From a virus (taxonomy: Duplodnaviria; Caudoviricetes), in the IMG/VR virus record IMGVR_UViG_3300049926_000027, positions 1 through 35,892 of that record: DNA of 35,892 bases; one strand, written 5' to 3'. The translations under genes and the position numbers were made by a program. This document shows, one piece after another, positions 15,465 to 22,818 of the stretch. The notes under the pieces are model-generated. The model was not told where the DNA came from. It searched no databases and saw only the letters and a program-made list of their open reading frames with translations. Positions within the stretch are counted from its first letter, which is position 1, and each line of letters begins with the position of its first letter.

Positions 15465-15670
15465 GACGCTTCCTCGACATGGACCGGCCAGATGCCGGGA
15501 CCGGGGTGGGTCATCGTTGCCGGGTCGTCTCGAACGAAGATCCCGGAACAGGTCGGCTTGCCGCAGTAGCAGCACGCTTGCGGGTCGCCTGTGCCCTTTT
15601 GGGGGGAGGGCGACTCGGGCCGCTGTTCGTCCCAGCAGTCGTCACAGATCGCGTGCGTCCAGTTGCTCAC
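15461..15670 (-). CDS. small zinc-finger protein
   Basis: CDDCW...CCYCG. Confidence 0.7.
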   Translation of the reverse strand: MSNWTHAICDDCWDEQRPESPSPQKGTGDPQACCYCGKPTCSGIFVRDDPATMTHPGPGIWPVHVEEAS

Positions 15671-15867
15671 GACGCCCTCGCCCAGCGCAGCCCGTGACGG
15701 GGCAGGACGGTGATGACGTAGCAGTCGTCGTGGTCGACGAACCGCGGGCCGCCTTCGAGGACAGCCACGGCGAGCCGGTCATTGCGAGCACGGGCTAGCC
15801 GCTGGAGGCGGGCTGGGCGTTCGGCGTGACGACGCAGGGCGGCGATGGATTCGGGCTTGGTGTTCAT
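15667..15867 (-). CDS. hypothetical protein
   Basis: Coupled ORF in early operon. Confidence 0.6.
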   Translation of the reverse strand: MNTKPESIAALRRHAERPARLQRLARARNDRLAVAVLEGGPRFVDHDDCYVITVLPRHGLRWARAS

Positions 15868-16097
15868 GATGGGTCCCCCTGCCGGATCAACCGGCCGCTC
15901 AGATGGTCGAGACGGCCTGACGCTTCGATGGCCAGGTCGTCGCGCTCGTGGAGGACCGCTCGGTACACGAGCCGGCCCAGATGGCGCAGCTCGAGGCCGA
16001 GCTGGTGGCGTTCGGCGTGGAACGCGACGAGCTCCATGCGGAGGTCGTCGGCCTCGGTCCGGCGATCGGGCTTGCGAGGAGACACGATCGCCATCAC
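15864..16097 (-). CDS. hypothetical helical protein
   Basis: SD AGGAGG; coupled to cro. Confidence 0.65.
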   Translation of the reverse strand: MMAIVSPRKPDRRTEADDLRMELVAFHAERHQLGLELRHLGRLVYRAVLHERDDLAIEASGRLDHLSGRLIRQGDPS

Positions 16098-16324
16098 GCG
16101 ACCTCCTGCCCGTCAGCGGGCTGGCCCGTCGTGACGGTCACGGTTGGGATGGTGCCGAAGGTTGCCAACGCTGCGAGGTAGCGCTTCTCGGCCTTGGCGG
16201 GCACCCGGAGGGCGGTCTCCCAGCGGCTGACCGATGAAGCCGGAACGTCGATCCGTGTGGCGAGGTCGCCCACGGAGACGTTCATCGCGGTGCGTCGGAG
16301 GCGAAGATCGGTGCCAGTACTCAT
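16094..16324 (-). CDS. Cro-like XRE HTH protein (probably leaderless)
   Basis: LRLRRTAMNVSVGDLATRIDVPASSVSRWE; divergent from the repressor; ATG 9 nt below the -10 box. Confidence 0.8.
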   Translation of the reverse strand: MSTGTDLRLRRTAMNVSVGDLATRIDVPASSVSRWETALRVPAKAEKRYLAALATFGTIPTVTVTTGQPADGQEVA

Positions 16325-16333
16325 CAGGTGGCG

Positions 16334-16363
16334 AAGGTACGGCACGTTGCGGCAGTTTGTCAA
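16334..16363 (-). promoter_or_regulatory. early lytic promoter
   Basis: TTGACA-18 nt-TACCTT. Confidence 0.75.
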
Positions 16364-16420
16364 GCGTTTCCGCACAAAGTTGCCGAAAGTTACACGGCTT
16401 GTAGTACGTTCCGCGGCGAG

Positions 16421-16924
16421 ATGCCGACTCCGCTCAACCAAAAACCGCCGATGGCAGCGTGGATCGTTCGGGAGCGCAAGCGCCTGAAGCTGAAGCCGCG
16501 CGACCTGGTCGAGCGCCTGGCCGCTCAGGGGCTGGTCGTCACCGAGGCAACGGTCAAGGTCTGGGAGGCGAATGGCGACCGGCGACCGGCCCCGGAGAAC
16601 ATCGAGGGGCTGGAGCGTATCTTCGAATCCGGCGCGCCCTCAGCGGAGTCGGCCTCAACGTTCGGCCAGAGCGATATGGTCGCCGCGATGGATCGCCAGA
16701 CCGCGGCCATCGATCGGCAGACCGATATGCTGGAGCGGGTGCTGACAGCCCTCGGCGTCAGCCCGCCCGACCCTCGAGTAGCTGAGGCTCAGGCTGACTG
16801 GACGGGAGCTGAACGGCGACTGGCCGAGGAGAAAGCTGGAACCAGCTCGCTACCCCGATCACCCGGCCACGAGCGTCGAACCGGGGCCCCAGGATCAGAG
16901 TCCCGAGAGGTCGATCGAGCGTAA
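16421..16924 (+). CDS. immunity repressor (CI-like XRE HTH)
   Basis: IVRERKRLKLKPRDLVERL....VTEATVKVWEANGDRRP; only early plus-strand regulator, divergent from cro; no S24 peptidase domain visible. Confidence 0.8.
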   Translation: MPTPLNQKPPMAAWIVRERKRLKLKPRDLVERLAAQGLVVTEATVKVWEANGDRRPAPENIEGLERIFESGAPSAESASTFGQSDMVAAMDRQTAAIDRQTDMLERVLTALGVSPPDPRVAEAQADWTGAERRLAEEKAGTSSLPRSPGHERRTGAPGSESREVDRA

Positions 16925-17102
16925 CGATGGCGCCCGAGCGGAACGCCTCGTCCATCGCTACCTGGACCGGCATCCAGCGGTCCTCAGGGAAGGTCTCCCT
17001 GACCGGCACACCGCGGCCGTCACGTCCCGCGAACGCGATCGCCTCCTCGTTGGCGTACTCCATGACGTGGTACGGCCCACGGAACAGGACCACAGCGGGC
17101 AT
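16758..17102 (-). CDS. stand-alone PAS-domain protein
   Basis: AVVLFRGPYHVMEYANEEA..FAGR...G.PVRETFPE......MDEAFRSG...P.FDARGRVIGV matches the PAS_4 pattern; SD GGAGGG. Confidence 0.75.
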   Translation of the reverse strand: MPAVVLFRGPYHVMEYANEEAIAFAGRDGRGVPVRETFPEDRWMPVQVAMDEAFRSGAIVTLDRPLGTLILGPRFDARGRVIGVASWFQLSPRPVAVQLPSSQPEPQLLEGRAG

Positions 17103-17118
17103 TGGGCAGCCCTCCGGT

Positions 17119-17227
17119 CGTCTCGTCGCTGAGCCGGCCGCGAGACGCTCGGCCGGGGTGCTCGATGATGAGCACCAGATGATGGCGGCCCGTCGCGTCA
17201 GCTCTATGTCACGCCGAACGCGGCGGG
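17119..17227 (-). promoter_or_regulatory. structured 5' leader (two hairpins plus H-type pseudoknot) of the PAS gene
   Basis: Stems at 17189-17227, 17157-17176 and 17134-17156; loop pairs with 17119-17125. Confidence 0.65.
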
Positions 17228-17239
17228 AGATGAGACGCG

Positions 17240-17270
17240 AGCCTACGCCGATTGTTGCGACTGGCGCAAC
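17240..17270 (-). promoter_or_regulatory. promoter with overlapping palindromic operator
   Basis: TTGCGC-18 nt-TAGGCT; palindrome GTTGCG-N5-CGCAAC at 17254-17270. Confidence 0.6.
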
Positions 17271-17282
17271 CGACAAAGTTAG

Positions 17283-18668
17283 ATGGACTTGATGGCGCCG
17301 CCGGAGGTCATCACCACGGACCGGGACGTCGCGTTCGTGACACATGCCGCGCTCTCGCGGTCCGGCTACGCAGCCATCGAAGGAGCCGCCGCCGGTCGCC
17401 CTGGTCGTCTCCTATTCGCGCTGGCCTGCCTGGTTCCGGCGCTGTTCTTGGGTGTTCCCGGAACGGGCGACATGGGGATCTGGGCGCAGTGGATGGCCGA
17501 CGTCGACCGACTCGGGTTCGTCGGTGGTTACGCGGCGATCGCCGATGTGCAGCCACCGCTCAACAGCGTCTTCCTCGGCGTCGTTTCGTGGCTGAGCCAC
17601 GGGCTCGGGTTCGACCCGCTGCTCGGGGTCAAGGTGTCGACCCTGCTCGCCCTCTATCTCACCGGCGCTCTCGTCGCCTACGGCTTCCGGAGCTGGCTTG
17701 CCGGCGCGGTGGTGGTCCTCGTGTTCACCGTGAATGTCGGGCTCGGGTACCTCGACATCTGGTACGCGCCGTTCCTCGTGCTCGCCCTGCTGTCCCTCCG
17801 GAGCGGACGTGTCGCGTGGTTCGCGTTCTGGTTCGCGATCGCGGCGATGGTCAAGGCGCAGCCGCTCATCCTCGCGCCGTTCCTCGTCGTGTGCGCCCTG
17901 CAACAGCCGGTGATGAGACCTGACGGTCGTCTTTCATGGCGCCGGATCCTGTCGCAGCTCGTCGCGCCCGGCGGGGTGGTCCTCGTGCCGCTCGCCGTGC
18001 TCTATGCGCCCTCGATGGTGGCGGCGATGGGCTACGCGGCCAGCGGCCACTATCTCAACGGTCACGCCTTCAACCTGGCGATGCTGCTCAACTACGTCGC
18101 CAACGTGGCGGCGCCAGACGGGATCGGAGCGCCCGGGCTGACCGATGGGATGCTGACCCTCATCCCTCCCGAGCCGCTCGGTGGACTGTTGCGGATCCTG
18201 TTCGCCGCCGTCTATGGGCTGGTCCTCGTGACCTACATCCGCCGGCGCGATCCATCGTTCCGGACCCTGCTCGAGTTCTCGGCGCTCGGCTTCCTGTGCT
18301 ACTTCGCCCTCAACTCGGGCGTGCACGAGAACCACCTGTTCGTCTTCGTGCTGCTGCTCGGGCTGCTGGCTGTCGAAGGACCGGCCTACCGCCCGTGGTT
18401 CGTCGTGTTCGCGATCCTGTCAATCGTCAACCTGCTGCTGTTCTACGGGCTGACCGGGACCGGGCCGGGCTTCGTTCGGACGGTCGGCGGGCTGGACGTG
18501 GCGGTCCCGCTGGCCGCGGTCATGCTGGGGTGCGCCGCGGGCTTCTTCGTCCGGGTCCTACACCGACCAGACTTCCATGATGCCAGGTCCCCAGTAGGCC
18601 GACGTGTTCGCGTTGTCCTTGATGAGGATGCGGCCGTTCTGTCCGCCCGTCCCGTCGGTCCCGTGTGA
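17283..18668 (+). CDS. polytopic membrane GT-C-type glycosyltransferase (lysogenic conversion)
   Basis: About 10-12 TM segments; GDM..W..W, DVQPP, GYLD, KAQP and HENH motifs of GT87/PIG-like mannosyltransferases. Confidence 0.75.
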   Translation: MDLMAPPEVITTDRDVAFVTHAALSRSGYAAIEGAAAGRPGRLLFALACLVPALFLGVPGTGDMGIWAQWMADVDRLGFVGGYAAIADVQPPLNSVFLGVVSWLSHGLGFDPLLGVKVSTLLALYLTGALVAYGFRSWLAGAVVVLVFTVNVGLGYLDIWYAPFLVLALLSLRSGRVAWFAFWFAIAAMVKAQPLILAPFLVVCALQQPVMRPDGRLSWRRILSQLVAPGGVVLVPLAVLYAPSMVAAMGYAASGHYLNGHAFNLAMLLNYVANVAAPDGIGAPGLTDGMLTLIPPEPLGGLLRILFAAVYGLVLVTYIRRRDPSFRTLLEFSALGFLCYFALNSGVHENHLFVFVLLLGLLAVEGPAYRPWFVVFAILSIVNLLLFYGLTGTGPGFVRTVGGLDVAVPLAAVMLGCAAGFFVRVLHRPDFHDARSPVGRRVRVVLDEDAAVLSARPVGPV

Positions 18669-19286
18669 CCACTTGTACGTGTGACTCCCGGCGCTGATCC
18701 CGGTCAGGTAGATGGGGACGTAGATGTAGCCCTGACCGCCACCGCGGACGACCGTCACCACGGCGAGGTTCGTCGTCGACTCACGCAGGCCCCAGTGGTA
18801 GAAGTCCGCCGTGGCGAGGTCCCCCCACGCTGAGAGCACGACGCGGACGTTGCCGGACGCGGGGGCGGTGAACGTCACCGCCATGTTGGTCGCATCGACG
18901 TCGGCCATCGTCGAGCTCGAGGTCGAGTAGACGGTCTGGGTGGACGGCGCGTAGACGTGAGACGCGAGCATGCCGCTGGCACCGGCGGGTGTCTGCCACG
19001 AGATGTCCGTGCCGTCGCTCGACAGCACCTTGCCGCTCGAGCCGATGGCCAGCCGCGCAGTCACGTTCGAGGCGTTGCGCACAATGATGTCGCCGCGCGT
19101 CGTCATCGGGTCGGCGAGGCCAGAGCTGATCGTCGCGAACGTCGCCCACGACGAACCGTCGGACTGTGTGATGGCGCCCGTGTCGGTCGCCGAGTAGATC
19201 GTCCCGCCGGCGACGGCGTTGGCCGCGGGCCGTGACGCTGCAACACCGTGGAGGAGCGTGCCGAGGAGGGTCGCGCTGACCGTCAT
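18558..19286 (-). CDS. tail fibre / minor tail protein
   Basis: PMTTRGDIIV...RLAIGSSGKVLSSDG...W fibre repeat; beta-rich C-terminal head. Confidence 0.7.
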   Translation of the reverse strand: MTVSATLLGTLLHGVAASRPAANAVAGGTIYSATDTGAITQSDGSSWATFATISSGLADPMTTRGDIIVRNASNVTARLAIGSSGKVLSSDGTDISWQTPAGASGMLASHVYAPSTQTVYSTSSSTMADVDATNMAVTFTAPASGNVRVVLSAWGDLATADFYHWGLRESTTNLAVVTVVRGGGQGYIYVPIYLTGISAGSHTYKWSHGTDGTGGQNGRILIKDNANTSAYWGPGIMEVWSV

Positions 19287-19432
19287 CGCTTGCTCCCCTT
19301 CGGGACGAAGCCCTGACAGCGGCTATCGGGATGGGCCTTAGGATCGAGGCTCACCGTCTGCCGGCACTTCGAGCAGGGGTTGTGCCACTTGAGCGCGTGG
19401 CCGCAGTTGCCGCACGGGCTATCGGGGGTCAT
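19283..19432 (-). CDS. 49-aa Cys/His zinc-binding peptide
   Basis: MTPDSPCGNCGHALKWHNPCSKC...RCQGF; fills the gap between two tail genes; ATGA overlap. Confidence 0.6.
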   Translation of the reverse strand: MTPDSPCGNCGHALKWHNPCSKCRQTVSLDPKAHPDSRCQGFVPKGSKR

Positions 19433-19434
19433 CA

Positions 19435-22400
19435 CTACACCTCAGCCATGATCGGGTTGCCGCTCGTGTCGGTCAGCACGAGGTAGTTGCCGGTGCCGGG
19501 ATCGAGGACCATGACCGGAGCCCAGATCAGGGCCGAGTTCCGCCAGACCGACCCGTCGAAACGGAGTCGGTCGCCCGCAGCGGGCGTCGTCAGGGTCACA
19601 TCCGTCAGGTCGTCGAGGGCGGCTGCGACGCTGGCCCACTTCAAGCCGAGCGTCTGCGCCGAGTCGGCGGTGAGGACCTGCCCGTTGGTCCCGATCGGGA
19701 CGCGCGCGTCCACCGTGGAGTGGCCCAGCAGGTCGCCCTTCGTCGTGAGCGGGGTACTCGCCGCCCCAGCCTGGTGCGCGTGGTCGGCTCGCGCCCAGTA
19801 GTGGGAGGTCCCGGCCACGTTCGAGCCGCCAACGCTCGACGGCGTCACGCTGACAGACGGGTCCACGATGACCGCGGCCGTGGGCAGGTTCACCGTGCCG
19901 TTGTTGCGGTTCCGGTTGTTCTCATAGAGGACGCGGGTGAAGCCCGAGTCCACATCCACGCAGTCGTCGGACATGAACTCGTTGTCGGCGATCGTCAACC
20001 CGTCGCCGTTCGTCGCGACGATGTGATAACCCGTTCCCGTGTAGCTCGACTTGACGAACGTGTTCGATTGGATCCGGGTCGCGAAGACGTCCTGCGTCGG
20101 GCCGAGCTCGATGTCCGTCGCACCGTCGACCTGCTCGAAGTACATGCCGAGGATGAGCGTGCCGGCGGTCTTCTGACCCGTGCCGCTCAGGCCATCGACC
20201 GAGATCCCGATGTCGTTGTCCTCAGAGGACCCACCGATGAACCGGAGCGACATCGGACCGCCGGTCGCGAGGATGCCGTAGCTGTTCGAGGCCGCTCGGC
20301 AGTCGCGCCAGGTGAAGTTGTTGACGTCGCCGCCAAGCAAGACGCCCGCTCGCTGGGCGCTGTCAAAGAAGCTGTCCTGAACGCTGCTGTAGTACACGGC
20401 CTCGCCCGGAGTGCCATCGGTGACCAGCCACAGGCCGTCGTAGAAGCCCTGGATCAGGCAGTTGCGGATGCGCACGCTCTGGATCGACTGGATGGCGGCG
20501 CTCGAGGTCTCACCCGCGCCGATGGCACCCGTGATCTGGAGACCATCGAGCACGAGCCCGCCGACGGAGTTGACGATCGCGGTCGTGTTGGCCGTGTCCA
20601 TCACGATCTTCGTGTACTGCCCGATGAACGAGCCGCCGCCCTTGAGCACCATCTGGTGGGGAATGACCAGCGAGTCCGTGATCTTGTAGTAGCCGCCGGG
20701 GGGCAGTGGCAGGTAGCAGACCCCTCCGACAGGCGTGGCATCCAAGGCCGCCTGGATCGCGACCGTGTCGTCCGTCGTGCCGTCGCCAGTGGCGCCGTAG
20801 GTCGGGTCGGTGACGAACACCCAGTCGAGCGCGGGGATATAGGGGTGCAGCTCCGGCTGCCACGTGCCGTCGTCGTGGAGGATGTTGTCGCCCGAGAGGT
20901 CCGCGCCCGACCCGAGCTGCTGCGGATCGATGTGCCGCCAGACCTCGTCGGGATCGGCGATCGGATCGTTCGTGGCCCCTGTGGCCGGACCGGCGGCCAC
21001 GAGGTAGGTGATGATCGCCCGTTCGCCGAGGGCCAGCGGTGGGAGCGTGAACGTTCCCGCGTCCGCGTCGACTTGACCGACGATGACGCTCGGTCCTGTG
21101 ACATCCGCCTGAAGCGTGCCCGCGACGTACGGCTGGTTGGTCGTCCAGGCGGTCGTCGTGCCGTCGCCGATGATGACTTCGGTGACGCGCTGGCCCGGGT
21201 TCGGTTCGTTGAGGACGACCCCGGTCTCGGTCGTGCCGGTGACCTCGAGGCACTCGGGGCCGCCGACACCGCCGACACCGTACGGGACCGTCGGGTCGGC
21301 GCCGCCCGTCGTGTCGGTATGGATCTGGATCAGTTGGCCGGCGTAGACCGGGATGTCGGTCGCGGTCGCCTCGAGCGTGCCTGTGAAAGCGCCGGAGCCG
21401 ACGAACGTCGCGGTGGATTCGTCGAAGGCGATCGTGATGCCGCTCTTGACGATGGTCATCCGGACCGTGACGGTGGTGTCGGTGTAGACCCCGATGAACG
21501 ATTCCTTGGCATGGATCGTCAGGACGCCGCGCTTCAGGACCTGGATCGCGGTCTGGCGTGTGCCGTGGGCGTTGGTCAGGGCGACGTACTGGAGCCCGCC
21601 GACGAGAGGGTCCGTCGGGTGGCCTGCGTCTGGCACATCGCCGGTCGCGCGAAACACGTTGAGGTTCGGGAACCCGAAGTCCGTATTGCTCTCGGGCGTG
21701 TACAGGATCGCGTGGGCCGCCTCCGTCTCCATGTCGGGGACGAACGGCGCGACGGGTGGCGGTCGCGTGGTGACCGGCGGCTTGCGTCGTGTCCGGATCG
21801 GGTAGCCCATCTCGAGGTCAGCGAAGAACTGGTCGGGGTGGCGGTAGCGCACCGTCATGGCCGCAATGCGCTGCGTCGAGCTACTGAGGCCCCAGACGTG
21901 GTCGGTCACGTTCATCAGCGACCCGACGGGCATGTCCTCGAGCTGCTCAGCGGTCAGTGGACCGATGGTGCCTTCGTACGTGATCCGCTCGGCCTTGTGC
22001 TCGGCCAATGTCGTATTCGCGATGATCTGGAGCTGCGCTACCGTCGCGTCCGGTTCGTCGACGATGCCCTCGTGGCGCATCCCATCGGCGTCATGGCGAG
22101 ACGCAGCGGTGGCGTCGGTCGCATCCCGCGTCTGACCCCGCCCGTTGCGGGCGATGACCTTGACTCGCAGATCCATCGGGTCCTTGCTGCGCCTGGGCGG
22201 TGAGGCCGACAGCAGCGGGAACGAGGCGATGTAGTCCTCGCCTGTCGTGACGACCGCGATGCCTGCGATGATCCCTTCGGTGTAGAGGTGCCAGTGGATG
22301 CGGCGGTGCTCGATGAACAGCGTTTTGCCAGTGAGCTTGCCGAGGTCGTCCTGGAGTTCGCTGAACAGGGTCTCGGTCACGTACTGCTTGGCCGGGACCG

Positions 22401-22818
22401 TGACGACGTTGGTGTTCAGGATCCACGTCGTATCGAGCGACAGATGCCCGAGGAAGGTGGACACGAAGGCGAGCATCCGGGCGCGGTCGGTCTCCGCGGG
22501 TCGGTTCCAGACCGCCGCGTAGCCGTCAAGCAGGGCGTTGTCGTCGCCGATGTGGTGCCAGTGGACCAGCCGGTCGCTCGGGATGCCGTCGCGGTCCCTG
22601 TCGACCCCACCCACGAAGCCATCGAACACCGTGGACGCGCCGACTTCGGCGAGGAACTGCTGACCGGAATACGGCTCCTGTGTCCCGGCGTCGTCGGGGA
22701 TGGGGACGGAGCCGATGCCGACTTCGCCCTTGTCAGCGACGAAGCGGAAGCTGAGCTGGTCGAGTTCCTCGGGCGTGTAGCTGGCTGAGCGATCGACACC
22801 CGCGATCGTGATGTCCAC
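19435..22818 (-). CDS. tail hub/spike protein with pectin-lyase-like beta-helix (putative depolymerase)
   Basis: Directly after TMP; VTDPTYGATGDGTTDDTVAIQAALDA signature followed by beta-helix repeats; C-terminal fibre repeat. Confidence 0.85.
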   Translation of the reverse strand: MDITIAGVDRSASYTPEELDQLSFRFVADKGEVGIGSVPIPDDAGTQEPYSGQQFLAEVGASTVFDGFVGGVDRDRDGIPSDRLVHWHHIGDDNALLDGYAAVWNRPAETDRARMLAFVSTFLGHLSLDTTWILNTNVVTVPAKQYVTETLFSELQDDLGKLTGKTLFIEHRRIHWHLYTEGIIAGIAVVTTGEDYIASFPLLSASPPRRSKDPMDLRVKVIARNGRGQTRDATDATAASRHDADGMRHEGIVDEPDATVAQLQIIANTTLAEHKAERITYEGTIGPLTAEQLEDMPVGSLMNVTDHVWGLSSSTQRIAAMTVRYRHPDQFFADLEMGYPIRTRRKPPVTTRPPPVAPFVPDMETEAAHAILYTPESNTDFGFPNLNVFRATGDVPDAGHPTDPLVGGLQYVALTNAHGTRQTAIQVLKRGVLTIHAKESFIGVYTDTTVTVRMTIVKSGITIAFDESTATFVGSGAFTGTLEATATDIPVYAGQLIQIHTDTTGGADPTVPYGVGGVGGPECLEVTGTTETGVVLNEPNPGQRVTEVIIGDGTTTAWTTNQPYVAGTLQADVTGPSVIVGQVDADAGTFTLPPLALGERAIITYLVAAGPATGATNDPIADPDEVWRHIDPQQLGSGADLSGDNILHDDGTWQPELHPYIPALDWVFVTDPTYGATGDGTTDDTVAIQAALDATPVGGVCYLPLPPGGYYKITDSLVIPHQMVLKGGGSFIGQYTKIVMDTANTTAIVNSVGGLVLDGLQITGAIGAGETSSAAIQSIQSVRIRNCLIQGFYDGLWLVTDGTPGEAVYYSSVQDSFFDSAQRAGVLLGGDVNNFTWRDCRAASNSYGILATGGPMSLRFIGGSSEDNDIGISVDGLSGTGQKTAGTLILGMYFEQVDGATDIELGPTQDVFATRIQSNTFVKSSYTGTGYHIVATNGDGLTIADNEFMSDDCVDVDSGFTRVLYENNRNRNNGTVNLPTAAVIVDPSVSVTPSSVGGSNVAGTSHYWARADHAHQAGAASTPLTTKGDLLGHSTVDARVPIGTNGQVLTADSAQTLGLKWASVAAALDDLTDVTLTTPAAGDRLRFDGSVWRNSALIWAPVMVLDPGTGNYLVLTDTSGNPIMAEV

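Noticed and set aside
18558-19760. Diversity-generating retroelement targeting the fibres
   Set aside because: No reverse transcriptase and no TR/VR pair differing at adenines; the similarity between fibre genes is at protein level only.
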